This document shows positions 12,801 to 24,617 of a stretch of DNA of 64,000 nt, piece after piece (the first letter of the stretch is position 1; each line of letters opens with the position of its first letter). Under the pieces are notes generated by a model, which was given only the letters and a program-made list of their open reading frames with translations, was not told the origin of the DNA and ran no database searches. A program made the position numbers and the translations under genes. The stretch spans positions 8,680,001-8,744,000 of the forward strand of contig OX597816.1 of assembly GCA_951406725.2 (NCBI GenBank), written 5' to 3'. Source of the DNA: Octopus vulgaris (Eukaryota).

Positions 12801-15800
12801 AGCTTACGAAAATGAGTTGTACCTGTGATTCAAAGGGGTCAGTCGTGACAGCCTGTGACACACTGAATCTCCTTGAGAACTACATTGAGGATGCGTGTGT
12901 CTGTGGAGTACTCAGCCACTTGCACATTAATTTCCCCATTAGGCTATTCCATTGATTCTATCAACTGAAAGTCTCCTTGTTGTAACTGATGCTTAACCAG
13001 TTACGTCAACCAAATCTTTCATCATCATCATCATCGTTTAACGTTCGCCTTCCATGCTGTCATGGGTTGGACGATTTTGACTGAGGACTGGCAAACCAGA
13101 TGGCCACACCAGGCTCCAATCTTGATCTGGCAGAGTTTCTACAGCTGGATACCCTTCCTGACGCCAATCACTCCGAGAGTGTAGCGGATGCTTTTCATGT
13201 GCCACCGGCACGGGGCCAGTCAGTCAGTTCTAACAATGACCTTGCTCGAATCTTTTTACGCATGCCACCGGCACAGGTGCCAGTAAGGCGACGTTGGTAA
13301 CGATCACGCTCAAATGGTGCCTTTTACGTGCCACCGGCACGGAGAGTAAACTATGAAATCCTTTGGAAGGACTAATCTCGTTCTTGGGGGGTAGACTTTA
13401 GCTTCTGGTTTAGCACTACCACCACTTGGCTTTTAGGTGTCTTTGTTAGTGTCCATTCTGTGCCAGCGCTCAGGCCAGATCTCTCAAATGACAACTTCCT
13501 TTCTTTCTCCTATTAGTCTTGCAAAGGATCATAAGTGCTACTCTTCTCTAAGCTAAATCAGTGGTCCTCAGCCATTTTTTTAACCTATGGACCCCTTTGA
13601 TTCCTATTTTATTCTACTGGACCTCAATAGCCATTCACTGCATATAAAAAAGAAATCCTACTGTATTTTTATAATTAAATATTACTAGGGATTGTATAAA
13701 AATATTAAAATATTTTGTGTATTGTAGAATTATAACCAACTTATTGCAGTTAAATTTTAAATAACAAACTCTTATATAGACCCCCAAGGGTCACATGAAA
13801 ACCACTGGGCTAAACCATTAAAAATAAACAAGTGAAATAGTCCAGAAGAATTTTTTGAATTCTCTTACAGTTGATTCTAATATTCTATTCTAAATTAATT
13901 TTTACATTCTAGATTCTATTACATTTTCATTTTTATATATATATATATATATACATCTTAGGAATCAAACTTTCCATTGAGTGTATAATTGTTTACTGTT
14001 ACTCCTTGAAGAAATGAAGTTCTTGTTTTTTGTCTCTTGTAGAAAGTCAACTGTTTTGGAAAGGAATCATTGAGCTCGGACTTGCTGATGAAATATTTCG
14101 GGAAATCAAGACCACCTTGGACAATCTAAAGCATAATCTCATTCGAAACCAATGTCCACTTGAAGGTAAGTTTAACTTTGTTATAAATCAATGTCAGATC
14201 AGTCCTGTCAAAAAATCGTAAAAAATCGGGATTTTCATAGAAAAAAATCACATTTTTGATGTAAATAGTCCAATTTGAATTTTTTCTTCTACGGAAGGAA
14301 GAGCAAGCTTTCTTCTATCATACTCTCAATTTTGGTCAACTTGCACCGCAGGGTCTTGGAGGAGATAGTGTTAGTTGAAGGCTACCAAACCTGCCATACA
14401 CAGACAACTTCAGCTTTATATAGAGAGAGATTATGATCATGAAATTAGCATTGGCTTATTTCTTTCTCGTGGAACGCCTAGGAACCTTTTGTGGAACTCT
14501 AGGGTTCTGGGGAACCCCAATTGAGAAACACTGCTCTAAGCTATTCCAGCCATGACTGTCCTGTCTTTTATTGAACATTGTGTATTTAGGACTACATTAT
14601 TCAGTGTGTCTCTCCCTTTTTAAGGTGATAGTGTGTAATTTCAATGCAATAGTTGTAAACGAGTATCACTGTTGTACAAGCAGTGTCCTTTATTTCCAAT
14701 CTTCCATGAAAATATGTCTGGCGGTGGAAAAATATTGTCTTGCTTAGAAACAGGTGTATGTGGGTGACACAAAGGACATCTGGTAATAGAAAAATCTGCT
14801 TTGACAAATTCTGTCTTATATTCATGCAAAATATTCTTTAAAAGTCGTGAGCTACAAACTGTGGTGTTGTAGTCAGTTGCCTTGTCAACAAATCATTGCT
14901 CACTTTGTGCTTTCAGTGACATCATCGTTTAATGTCCGTTTTCCATGCTAGCACTGGTTGGACGGTTCAACCGGGGTCTGGGGAGCCAGGAGGGTGCACC
15001 AGGCTCCAGTCTGATCTGGCAGTGTTTCTACAGCTGGATGCCCTTCCTAACACTAACCGCTCTGTGAGTGTAATGGGTGCTTTTTACGTGCCACCGGCAC
15101 AGGGGCCAGAGGAGGCTGGCAACAGCCACGGTCGGTTGGTGCTTTTTACGTGCCACTGGCACTGAAGCCAGTCAAGGCGGAGCTGGCATTGGCCATGTTC
15201 GGATGGTGCTTTTTACATGCCACCGGCACTGGTATCACAACTACAATTTCCATTGATTTTTGATGTTGATGTACTTGACTCAATAGGTTTCCTCAAGCAC
15301 AAGGTCGAAACGGTGTTTCTTTACTTACCACCTGCACAGGAGTCAGTCCAGTGGCACTGGCAACTGCAGGGTGCCAGTCGTAGGACTTGGAGGGGAAATA
15401 AAAGAACTCTTACTTGAAAACCGGGTATGGCTTGATGACAGGAAGGCCATCTGGTTGCAGAGCACTGCCTCAGTTAATGTAAGATGTCAAGCCTGGAAAA
15501 AGAAGAGACAAAAAAAGACATAAAACAAATTGAGAAAGAATTTCTTTTCTGATATCAAAACCTTCAAGTCTGTTTTATTACTGAAAATTGATTTGAAGAA
15601 TAATAATAAAATTGTAATATCATTCCATATCATGGCAAGACCGTTAGTATGCTGGGCAAAATGCTTAACTGCATTTCATGTTTGTAGATTCTGATTTCAA
15701 ATGCTACCAGGGTCGGTGTAATCCACTTTCCACTGCTCTGAAATTGCTGGCCTTGTGTCAAAATACTTCACAGTATTTCGTCCATCTTGATGTTCTGAGT

Positions 15801-17070
15801 TCAAATTCGGCTAAAGCTGACTTTGCCTTTCATCCTTTTGCGGTCGATAAAGTAAGTACCAGTTGTGTACTGGGGTCGATGTAATCGACTTATCCCCCCC
15901 CCTCCCTAAAATTGCAGGCCTTGTGCCAAAATTTAAAACCAGTGTTATTCCAAATGCTTTATTGTGAATTGCAGAGGTACGGAAGGTTTCAAGAGTTGCC
16001 AGTGAACTGGGTTTGACATCAAAACTGAAACACTGGTTGGCAGCTCATAAAACTGACATGGAAAGACAGAAAGAGAAACTTGATAAAGAAATGGAAGGTA
16101 AAGTGTCTACATTCTTTGTTGGTATTGGTTTGAAATTTGTAAGTTTAGGTTTTTCGTTGGGGGGGGTTGATTCAAGCTGTTATTGTGGTAATTAAAAAGA
16201 AAAATGTGTTTGTCTTTAACCCTTTAATGTTTAAACCGGCCATATCCGGCTCAAATATTCCAACTGTTTTATGTTCAAACTGGCAAGATTCAGCCTCTTA
16301 CACCTACTCTACAATGTCATTCTAAAGCTAAGCAAACACACCATCGAAATCTCAAAGCTACAAGATAATGCATGATTAATTCAAAACAATGTTAATAAAT
16401 AAGTATTACATTTAACAGAGTAATCTGAATACTAAAGGGTTAAATAAAACCTCTTAACAACCACTTTGAGCGTCTTTTTGAGCTCCATGTGTCTAACACA
16501 TGTAGGCATGTCTACAAAGTCAGTAAACAGCTCAGCTCCCACGACTTTTGAAAACATTTTTTCACACTCAGAGTTGCTGAAGAATGAAACAAACTACCTG
16601 CTTCAGTTGTTAGTTGCTGAGACATTGCATCCTTTAAAACCCTCCATGCTTCATGAAATTCACCAACACTACACCTGATATCCCCCTACCTCCATACGCA
16701 TGCACACATGTATATCATGACTCCTCATACACTGTTCACTTTCCTGACTTTAGTACATAATTCTATGTACTCTGTAATTCTATGCACCTTTGATGAGTTG
16801 TAGTGCACCTGAGCAGTATACACAATAATTTCATTATTATTATTATAATTAGGTGTAATGTTCAGGTAATTGTGTTTCATATGGAATTGTCTTATTAATT
16901 CTCTGCATAGGTTGCAGTGCATAGCCTGAAGTGGCTGCTACTATTGAAAAGGGATTGAGATTAGTATAGTGGCTGCTACTGGTAAAATAGAATTTGTACT
17001 ATTCGTCCAAAGTACTGCATGAAAGAAAGACTTGTGATTTAATCTCAGCCTGATCAGAAGTACATTATAT

Positions 17071-17127
<57 letters not shown>

Positions 17128-17284
17128 CTGTTGTGTCTGGGGAGAGTCATTTTCTTTTTGTGCTTTATAGTGTAAATACACTCACCTGTAAAATTTCCAC
17201 TTTTTTCTTATTTTTATTTTTCCTAAAATTTTCGTTGCGTCTTGCAACCTTTTCAATAGTTTTGACTCTCAAAGATCCAAAACG

Positions 17285-17323
<39 letters not shown>

Positions 17324-19758
17324 CATCATCGACCCTATCGCATCATCAACTCCTTCACCTGCACCTCCAGCAATATTATCTATTGCGTCTCTTGCTCTCT
17401 CTGCCATTCCCTGTACATCGGACAAACGGGACGCCGCTTGGCTGACCAGTTCACGGAACACCTTCGTGACATCCGCCTTGCGAACGACACACCGGTCTCA
17501 CGCCATTTCCGCTCCACCGGTCACTCCTTGCAACACCTGTCTGTGTTCGGTTTGTCCTTACACAGAGGCCATCCGGATTCGCTCTTATACGCCATTTGGT
17601 CTCAACTCACCCTCCGTCCTCATCTAACCCCCTCTCCCCTCCTCATCTAACCTCCCCCCCCAACCCCTACTTCTCTTCAGTCCTTCATCCTTTCACCCCT
17701 ACTCCTTTTCCCTCTTCTTCCCTCTTTCTCCCTCCCTCCTTCCCTGCTCCCTCTTTCTCTCTGCTCCCTCACTCCCCTTCTCTCTCTCTCTCCCTCTATC
17801 CTCCCTCCTCCTCTCCTCTCCTTCCTTCTCCCTTTTCCTCCTCCTCTTCTCCCCTTTCTTTCTCCCCCCCTCCCTCTCTTCCCCTCTCTCTACACTACAC
17901 CATACGACTTTACACATCACATCATATATACATACACATGTCCAGACCTCTCATATGCACTAATACTCTCTCATACACACACACACTCTTCTCATACACA
18001 CACACATGCACTTTTATGTTGGAGCGAGGTCATTTAACCCTATTATCTCCCCTAATTTCGCTCTTGCGTCTCGCGTTTGATCTTTGACTTCTGGCCGAAA
18101 TCAAATCGCCATGTTGATTCGCTAGCCTCTGCACGCATTTTTTTCTCTCCTTCTTTCTGTGTTTTTTTCTCTGTGTATCTTTCTGTTGAAGAGCGTAGGC
18201 TCGAAACGTTAAAGACTTGTTTTATTTATATTTCCTGAGCGCCATACTAATACAATTGTTTGTTTGTATTCCACCTGCCTTCGTCTTTTGTTTATTTCCG
18301 TAAACCTGCCTTCGTCTTTTGTCTATTTTCATAAAGCTTCCCGTTATATATATATATATATATATATAGGCAGAGGCAAAGAACGTCAGTGATCCTAAGT
18401 TCTATATATTTGTTTGGATGTAATTTCCTGCTTCCAGATAAAAACTTTCGTATTTGTGTTATATCAAACAATCATTTTTTCCAAGCTACCTTGGCTGAAA
18501 CGATGGCTTTTGTTCACACAAGTTGTTCCACAGCCGGATATTTTTGTGATTGTTTGCCACTTGGAAGTAAAATCGTTTTCTCAGTCGGCAAAACTGTGAA
18601 AAGCTGAGTTACCTACCTTGTTCTGTGGGGGGAGGGGCTAAGGGGGGATGTCGACAACACGATGGTTACGGCAAACCTTGAATTTATAAGGCTTGTGGCT
18701 GTTGTTCAAAAATCTTGTAGCCATTGAGAGACATTTTGTTTTTGTTATTAAAAGGAAAATAATGAATCAACTGAGGCTTTGTCTACAGGAAAAACAAAGA
18801 TTAAGATCCACAATTTATCAGATACCAGTAAACTCTGACACCAAATATGTCGAAGCAGGTTAATTCAACATTCAAACCTCAGAAGAGAAGAGGTTCCTTA
18901 AAAAAAAAAATGTTTTAGCCCGAAGGCCGCGGCCATGCTGGTGCACCAAAGCCATCCTTTCTATCTTCAGTTTGGTTTTCATGCCTATCCTCACCTCTGG
19001 TCGTTAATGTTAGGGAATGACTGAAAGAGTCATCATCATCATCATCATCGTTTAACGTCCGCTTTCCATGCTGGCATGGGTTGGACGATTTGACTGAGGA
19101 CTGGCAAACCAGATGGCTGCACCAGGCTGGCAGAGTTTCTACAGCTAGATGCCCTTCCTAACGCCAACCACTCCGAGAGTGTAGTGGGTGCTTTTACATG
19201 CCGCCAGCACGAGGGCTAGTCTGGCGGTACTGGCAATGGCCATGCTCAAATGGTGTTTTTTACATTCTAGGTTTTGGATCTAGCCTGGATATTAAATAGG
19301 TTGTGAACCACTGTTCCAGGTGATTAAATAAATTTTCTTACAGAGAGGATATTAGAATTACTCTGCTTATATGAATTTTCTTTATCTTTTCTTTCTTAGA
19401 ACTTCGACGTCGAGTTGCAGAAGCGGAACACAAGAAGGAATTACTAAAGAGGAAGTCTCAGTGCTTTGACCATTTATTGGAGATTAGTAAATCCAAACGG
19501 CAAGGCCTTCTAGCATACAATAATAGCTTGCATATGCATTCTGCATCTCCTAGTCCGGACAGCAGCCAGCTGACAGACCATGACAACATGAACTCTGTCC
19601 ATGTAAAAACTCTCTGCGCATCTTCATCGTCTTCATCTGCAAATTCATCAGGACATTTTACAATGCATCCTGCAATTTTAGACGGAACCTCTAACAATCA
19701 ATCTATGAGTAGGACTCGGAGCCCCGTTAGTGTGGAAGAGGCTCGATCAACTTCTTAA
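3647..19758 (+). CDS. GMEB1: GMEB-like (glucocorticoid modulatory element-binding protein) SAND-domain transcription factor, spliced: join(3647-3858,5389-5744,10836-10907,14043-14165,15975-16097,19400-19758), ~414 aa; upstream exons may exist
   Basis: All introns are GT-AG with matching phases (2,1,1,1,1). Translation gives a SAND domain (ITVTCGNLVGKLHMEKFICPGIHRECI...KLKDWKNAVRMNGIQLRKYIESGQLDFTNHQEMCTGRC) with the KDWK motif and GMEB-type H/C zinc-site residues, then LFWKGIIELGL and a C-terminal coiled coil, matching the GMEB1/2 layout. GMEB1 versus GMEB2 cannot be resolved. Confidence 0.88.
4673..4901 (+). mobile_element. SINE family A copy nested in a SINE family C copy (~4455-4945)
   Basis: TSD GGTACCTGTGTCTGTGG on both sides. 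Confidence 0.85.
5049..5263. mobile_element. Mutator-like MITE (~70-bp TIRs, 9-bp TSD)
   Basis: TIR GGTACTACTAG.GAACAGTGGTCCCGGTGC; TSD CAAATTCTG at 5040-48 and 5264-72. Confidence 0.85.
5389..5744 (+). CDS. GMEB1: GMEB-like coding exon (SAND C-part, poly-Q linker)
   Basis: Acceptor cattcccttcAG at 5387-88; AG+G gives Arg and continues KYIESGQLDF in frame; donor G|GTATGT at 5745; 8 Gln near the end. Confidence 0.9.
6369..7575 (+). mobile_element. Full-length degenerate mariner transposon (intronic)
   Basis: TIR TTGGGTCATCCCATAAATAA at both ends, TA TSD; broken transposase with WVPY (WVPHEL-like), IVTGDKKW, FHRDNARP and a downstream DYHLF-like segment; stops and frameshifts. Confidence 0.92.
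7590..8054 (-). mobile_element. Possible Penelope-like remnant bounded by ~33-bp imperfect inverted repeats
   Basis: CTTAAACATGAATATT...GTGACTTCAAA at 7590 mirrors TTCAAAGTCACTTTCAATGATGTTCTTGTTTAAG at 8021-54; the interior is decayed and coding-like. Confidence 0.3.
9290..9687 (+). mobile_element. SINE family B (tRNA-like head, CORE-like CCTTGGGCAAGT segment, internal TA/TG microsatellite, AAAAGAG tail)
   Basis: Same architecture at 20487-20870(-), 29127-29565, 31056-31460, 33638-33945, 46282-46702(-); partial copies at ~3920-4203, 6150-6350, 21530-22085, 41185-41320, 58540-58690, 60975-61200. Confidence 0.8.
10836..10907 (+). CDS. GMEB1: Candidate 72-nt symmetric exon of the GMEB-like gene (VLQTFPRASSTGEMAYVGAQPGGS)
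   Basis: Strong polypyrimidine acceptor tttctttttgcAG, donor G|GTAAGA, phase 1-1, open in the required frame; too short for the ORF track. Confidence 0.65.
11090..11375 (+). mobile_element. 5'-truncated RTE 3'-UTR copy with (GAT)n tail
   Basis: Matches 790-1240. Further copies at ~13020-13345(-), 14920-15305(-), 19030-19265(-), 22270-22503, 31915-32490(-), 35280-35600(-), 35590-35898, 36485-36937, 39030-39625, 45750-45915. Confidence 0.8.
13559..13807. mobile_element. hAT-like MITE
   Basis: Ends CAGTGGTC...AACCACTG; imperfect 8-bp TSD AGCTAAAT/GGCTAAAC; related partial copy at ~33452-33630. Confidence 0.65.
14043..14165 (+). CDS. GMEB1: GMEB-like coding exon (ESQLFWKGIIELGLADEIFREIK...)
   Basis: Acceptor tttttgtctcttgtAG; donor G|GTAAGT; FWKGI motif resembles the GMEB FWRGI segment. 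Confidence 0.9.
15975..16097 (+). CDS. GMEB1: GMEB-like coding exon (coiled-coil)
   Basis: Acceptor aattgcAG; donor G|GTAAAG; phase 1-1; EVRKVSRVASELGLTSKLKHWLAAHKTDMERQKEKLDKEME. Confidence 0.85.
16220..16439. mobile_element. piggyBac-type MITE (TTAA TSD)
   Basis: TTAA|CCCTTTA...TAAAGGG|TTAA; same family at 46180-46825 (SINE-interrupted) and 63721-63941. Confidence 0.8.
17322..18345 (+). mobile_element. Penelope-like retroelement 3' remnant (GIY-YIG endonuclease fragment plus pLTR with hammerhead motif) inserted in (TA)n
   Basis: Frame reads TCTSSNIIYCVSCSLCHSLYIGQTGRRLADQFTEHLRDIR...PVSRHF...GH, the GIY-YIG/CCHH signature of PLE endonucleases; (TA)n on both sides. Confidence 0.85.
18178..18215 (+). 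ncRNA. Minimal type I hammerhead ribozyme-like motif (A6 to U variant)
   Basis: Stem I TCTTT/AAAGA; core CTGTTGA(A); stem II GAGC-GTAG-GCTC; GAAA; palindromic stem III ACGT. Confidence 0.6.
19400..19758 (+). CDS. GMEB1: GMEB-like terminal coding exon
   Basis: Acceptor ttttctttcttAG; ELRRRVAEAEHKKELLKRKSQCFDHLL continues the coiled coil; Ser-rich tail; TAA at 19756-58 followed by an AT-rich 3' UTR. Confidence 0.87.
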
Positions 19759-21284
19759 GTTTTATTGAGAAAAAAAAAAAAAAAACTTATCTTCACAATG
19801 GCTTATTTTATATGCAAAGCATTCCCTGGTTGTATTCTTATGTAAATATGTATTTTTTAAGCTTCTTCAAAGTTAATGATTATTATTATTATTATTACAG
19901 CACAGAAAAAGACAAAAATAATTGATTGGCACATGGAAGATGGGGGTTTATTTTGTGTAAAAAACTTTAAAAAAAAAAAGGCAGCAATTTGAAAAATGAC
20001 CCAAAATAAAACAATCAAAGTGAAATTTGTTAAAACCGTCTCAAATTTTAGATATTAATATTTTGGAGGCGTGTCTCATAATTCTTGCTAATTCATTGCA
20101 GAAACCACACCAATTGTAATGGAATTTACAATTACAGTTGTTCACCAGCTGTGATGTCCCTGGAAGGGAAACTTTAAAAATATATAAACAGCTTACAATG
20201 CAAACACCAATACAAGTGTTGTTTCACTGCTTTTGGTACCCACCGTTTCGATATTTCTGTTCACCAAGACCCCTAATTGATCCACAAATCAGGCATTTAT
20301 TTTTCTATGTTCAAGCTCTACACTCGATTCATAAATTAGTTATTTATTTTTTTATCTCTTTCCAAAAAGACAACAGGAAACAATAACAACTTTTTTTTAA
20401 CAAAAACCAACAAACAAAACCAGATTTTTAAAGATGGATAGAAAAATATACTAGGAATTTTATTAGAAATCAAGATTTGTACCTTTCTTTTATTCTTTTA
20501 TTTGTTTCAGTCATTTGACTGTGGCCATGCTGGAGCACCGCCTTTAGTCGAGCGAATCGACCCCAGGACTTATTCTTTCTAAGCCCAGTACTTATTCTAT
20601 TGGTCTCTCTTGCCGAACCGTGAAGTGACGGGGATGTAAACACACCAGCATCAGTTGTCAAGTGATGTTGGTGGGGAAACATATATATATATATATTTAT
20701 ATATATATAGTGGGCTTCTCTCAGTTTCCGTCTACCAAATCCACTCGCAAGGCTTTGGTCGGCCCAAGGCTATAGTAAAAGACATTTGCCCAAGGTGCTA
20801 CGCAGTGGGACTGAACCTGGAACCATGTGGTTGGTAAGTAAGCTACTTACCACACAGCCGCTCCTGCGCCTCCGTACCATAAACATTTATTTTCAATGTT
20901 TATAAAAGTATTTAAAAAATCTAGTGAATATTTGACAGAATGTCAGAGACAATGATTTAAAATAAATCAAAGTATTGATTTTTAGCAGATTTTTTATCTA
21001 TTTAAATAGATATTTAAATTTTCTTTCTAATTAAACATGAAGTAGGCTTAATAAATTGGAATTTTTAAGTTGGTATCCTCTGAGAATTTTTATGTAATTA
21101 AGCAGTTCACCTTAACGAATGAACTTGTTAATTTAGGATGACAGGATTTCAAAGAAAAATTATTTCCTAAATTGATTCATATTTCATCTCTTTCTAAATT
21201 ATTGGGTAACTTCATTCGAAGTCACTATTCACTTCACTCATTACATCATTTATTAATTTTAAGAGAGACATTTACTTGAACTTC

Positions 21285-21327
<43 letters not shown>

Positions 21328-22509
21328 CGACTGGCAAATGTTTGTTGACACAAATGAAATAACTTAATTTCTGAAATAAATTGAATCTCAGTATCACTTG
21401 CTATCCATTTAATCTTTCCAGCACTCAGTAAAAATAACATTTTCATGGAAATTTCCGATGTTATGTTAATACTCATAGCATTTCTTTCAGCAATTTCACT
21501 TTCTTTTAATAATAGCCCAGTGAGATCTTTTATCTTTTACTTGTTTCAGTCAAGTCTGGCCATGAAGAATTTTCCAGTCAAATGAATTGGACCCCACCAC
21601 TTATTTTGTTTTAGAGCCTAGTACTTATTCTATTGTTCTCTTTTGCTGAACCACTAAGTTACAGGGACATAAACACACCAACATCAGTTGTCAATTGGTA
21701 GTGGTGACAAAAACACAATATATGTGGTACATACACATATATATATATAGTTATGTGTTTGTGTCTGTCTGTCCTCCACTCACTACTTGATAACCAGTGT
21801 TGGTTTGTTTATATCCCCATGACTTAGTGATTCAGAAAAAAGGTTCATAGAATAAGTACTAGGCTTATCATGTGTGCGTGCGTGTTTGTTTGTCCCCCAC
21901 CACTGCATGACAACTGGTATTGGGGTGTTTACGCATCCCAAACTTAACAGTTCGGCAAAAGAGACTGATAGAATAAATACCAGGTTTTAAAAAATAAGGT
22001 ACCAGGGTCAATTCACTTAACTAAAATTCTTCAAGGTGGTTGCCCCAGCATGGCCACAATTGTAATGTTTGAAACAAGTGAAAGATATAAAATGACTGAG
22101 TTACTTTTTGAAAATATGTCTCACATAGAGCAAATGAATCATCATTTAACGTCTGTATTCCATGCTGGCATGGGTTAGACAATTTGACAGGATCCAGTGG
22201 GTCCAAGGACCCCTATCATTTAGTTTTTACTTGTTTTAGTCACTAGACACACTGTCATTATATATATACACCAATCCGACCGTGGCCGTTGCCAGCCTCG
22301 CCTGGCACCTGTGCAGGTGGCACGTAAAAAGCACCCACTACACTCACGGAGTGGTTGGCGTTAGGAAGGGCATCCAGCTGTAGAAACACTGCCAGATAAG
22401 ACTGGAGCCTGGTGCAGCCTTCTGGCTTCCCAGATCCCCGGTCGAACCGTCCAACCCATGCTAGCATGGAGAACGGACATTAAACGATGATGATGATGAT
22501 GATATATAT

Positions 22510-22885
22510 ATTTAGCAAAGAAATAACCTAAAAGATAGTGGTTTTAGCAAAGAAATAACCTATACACCTGTCACTAGCCCAAAGATCATCTGGTTCACAC
22601 CTCCCTACTCACCCGAGGGGACCTTCAATATAGGCAAATATTTCCTAGCACTGATAGACATTTTCCAGTCAACCATACTTACAGGAAGCTCTTCAATAAA
22701 CACAACTTAAAACCACTATCTTTTAGGTTATTTCTTCACTAAAATGTGTATGCAGGTATGTATGTAAAACGGTCTTTTTTCATAGCGTTTTTCCGATGGC
22801 CGGATAACTGAAGAGATGGTGGTGTGGATTTCTACCTCAGCATCCGAAACTCAGAGTTTTATCTTGGCTACCGAATATTTGTCAC
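22510..22885 (+). mobile_element. Penelope-like fragment with inverted terminal duplication
   Basis: Decayed peptide KIIWFTPPYS...NIGKYFLALID..F....TYRKLFNKHNLK resembles the PLE linker between RT and endonuclease; 22510-22545 is inverted at 22708-22743. Confidence 0.6.
22803..22863 (+). ncRNA. Hammerhead ribozyme-like motif
   Basis: GATAA-CTGAAGA-GATG...CATC-C-GAAA-CTCAGAG-TT-TTATC: 5-bp stem I, long imperfect stem II, ACTC/GAGT stem III. Confidence 0.55.
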
Positions 22886-22919
22886 ATATTATATTATATG
22901 TGTGTGTGTGTATTTAAAG

Positions 22920-23305
22920 GTTTACAGATTTTTTATTGAATTTAGAGCCAGAACTGAAAGTTGTGATGTTTTGTATACAAATACATCTATGTGAGCAATG
23001 TGATTGAAGTTAGAAAAATAGGTATTAGGTGTATATGCACATTTCAGAAGTTATTGCTCCTTCTTCAGTGTTTGATATGTAAATTGTTCTATCCAATAGT
23101 GTTATACTGCTAAACTTGGTGGGTATTTTAGCAATGTATTCATGGGTTGCATTTGGTGCTGAGGAGGGAACAATAACTCTTGAAACATGCATGTCTGCCC
23201 TTAACCCATTTTTCTGTCTTTGATCACATTGTTTACATAGATGTATTCATATATAAAATGTTGTAACTTTCAATGCTGGCTCTGGGTTCTATACAAAATC
23301 TGGAG
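22920..23305. repeat. Diverged inverted repeat (~160-bp arms), probably inverted PLE pLTRs
   Basis: 22920-23082 is the reverse complement of ~23147-23305 with many TG/CA differences; each arm carries a hammerhead-like core. Confidence 0.7.
23155..23199 (+). ncRNA. Minimal hammerhead ribozyme-like motif in an inverted repeat (decayed mirror copy ~23027-23070, minus)
   Basis: GGTG-CTGAGGA-GGGA..TCTT-GAAA-CATGCATG-TC-TGCC: intact core, palindromic stem III, GUC cleavage triplet. Confidence 0.65.
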
Positions 23306-23480
23306 AGAGAAAATTAAAAATGAAGACAATGCACTGCTAACACAAAAGCAGGACATGATATTGACTTATAAACCCTTAATGTATTTGCTAGCATCCAATA
23401 GTTTCAAAACAAAACACTGTGTCCCTACTAGCAATTAACACACAAACACACACACACACACACACACACATACATACATA

Positions 23481-23901
23481 CAGGGTTGGCCAAAAGTTAC
23501 CTGACAGTAAATTAAAAGCATTTAATTCCAAGATTAAAACAAAAAAATATTTTATATGAGACTAAGAAATAGACAAATGTTGGAGGAAAAGAAAAAAACA
23601 GTGATTTTAACTCACAGCATTCATAATTGGAATGAATAAATAAGATTGAATATTAACTCTTCTGATACCAACCCGGCTGAAACTGGCTCTGGCTCTGTAG
23701 TACAGATGTCTTGTTTTCATAAGTTCTGAATTGAAATCTTCCAGCAAACCTTAGTCACAATTTATGTTCCTAACACTAGCTTAATGATAACTAAATTATT
23801 TGTTATATTTATAATTAATTAAAAGAAACACAGAGAATCTCAACAGGGTTAAGTATTCATGGAATTTTGATTTACTGTCTGGTTACTTTTGGCCAACCCT
23901 G
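23481..23901. mobile_element. Tc1/mariner-type MITE with a nested TTAA-flanked element (~23652-23851)
   Basis: TIR CAGGGTTGGCCAAAAGT; TA TSD. Confidence 0.85.
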
Positions 23902-23957
<56 letters not shown>

Positions 23958-24271
23958 ACTCCAAGAAAGTTAGAGGTTGTGAATCCAACCCACTAAGGGA
24001 TAATATCTATCCAATATACTGCTGGTAGAATACCCAGTTATTAATACACAAGTGTTTTTTATTGCATTGCAATTACATTGCCGAGTGTACTAAATGGGTG
24101 AAGATAAAGAGATATTTTACCATTAATTTATAAAGCAAATAAGAAAATGGAGGGGATCAATGGGTGGTTCATCAACTTTTAGACATTATATTACGTTAAC
24201 TTATTTATTTATTTACTAAACTGATAATTACAATAATATACATACATATAACATTATGCTTTACACACAAA

Positions 24272-24308
<37 letters not shown>

Positions 24309-24372
24309 CTCTTTATCTTATATTAAACTTTTTAATACTTTTTGATAATTATATTTATTAAAAAAAAATAAA

Positions 24373-24422
<50 letters not shown>

Positions 24423-24576
24423 TTATAAGTATAAATTAATAATTTAAATAATTTTTAAAATTTTAACTTTAACTTTAAATAATTTAAATTTTGAATATTA
24501 TATTAATTATTTTTATTTCTGTGTATTGGTTTATGCTTTTCACTGTTTGATTTGCCTAATAGTGGTTTTATCTCTA

Positions 24577-24617
<41 letters not shown>

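Noticed and set aside
24290-24520. Extreme AT-only tract as an origin or regulatory element
   Set aside because: Low complexity next to (TA)n; may be poor-quality consensus; no supportable function.
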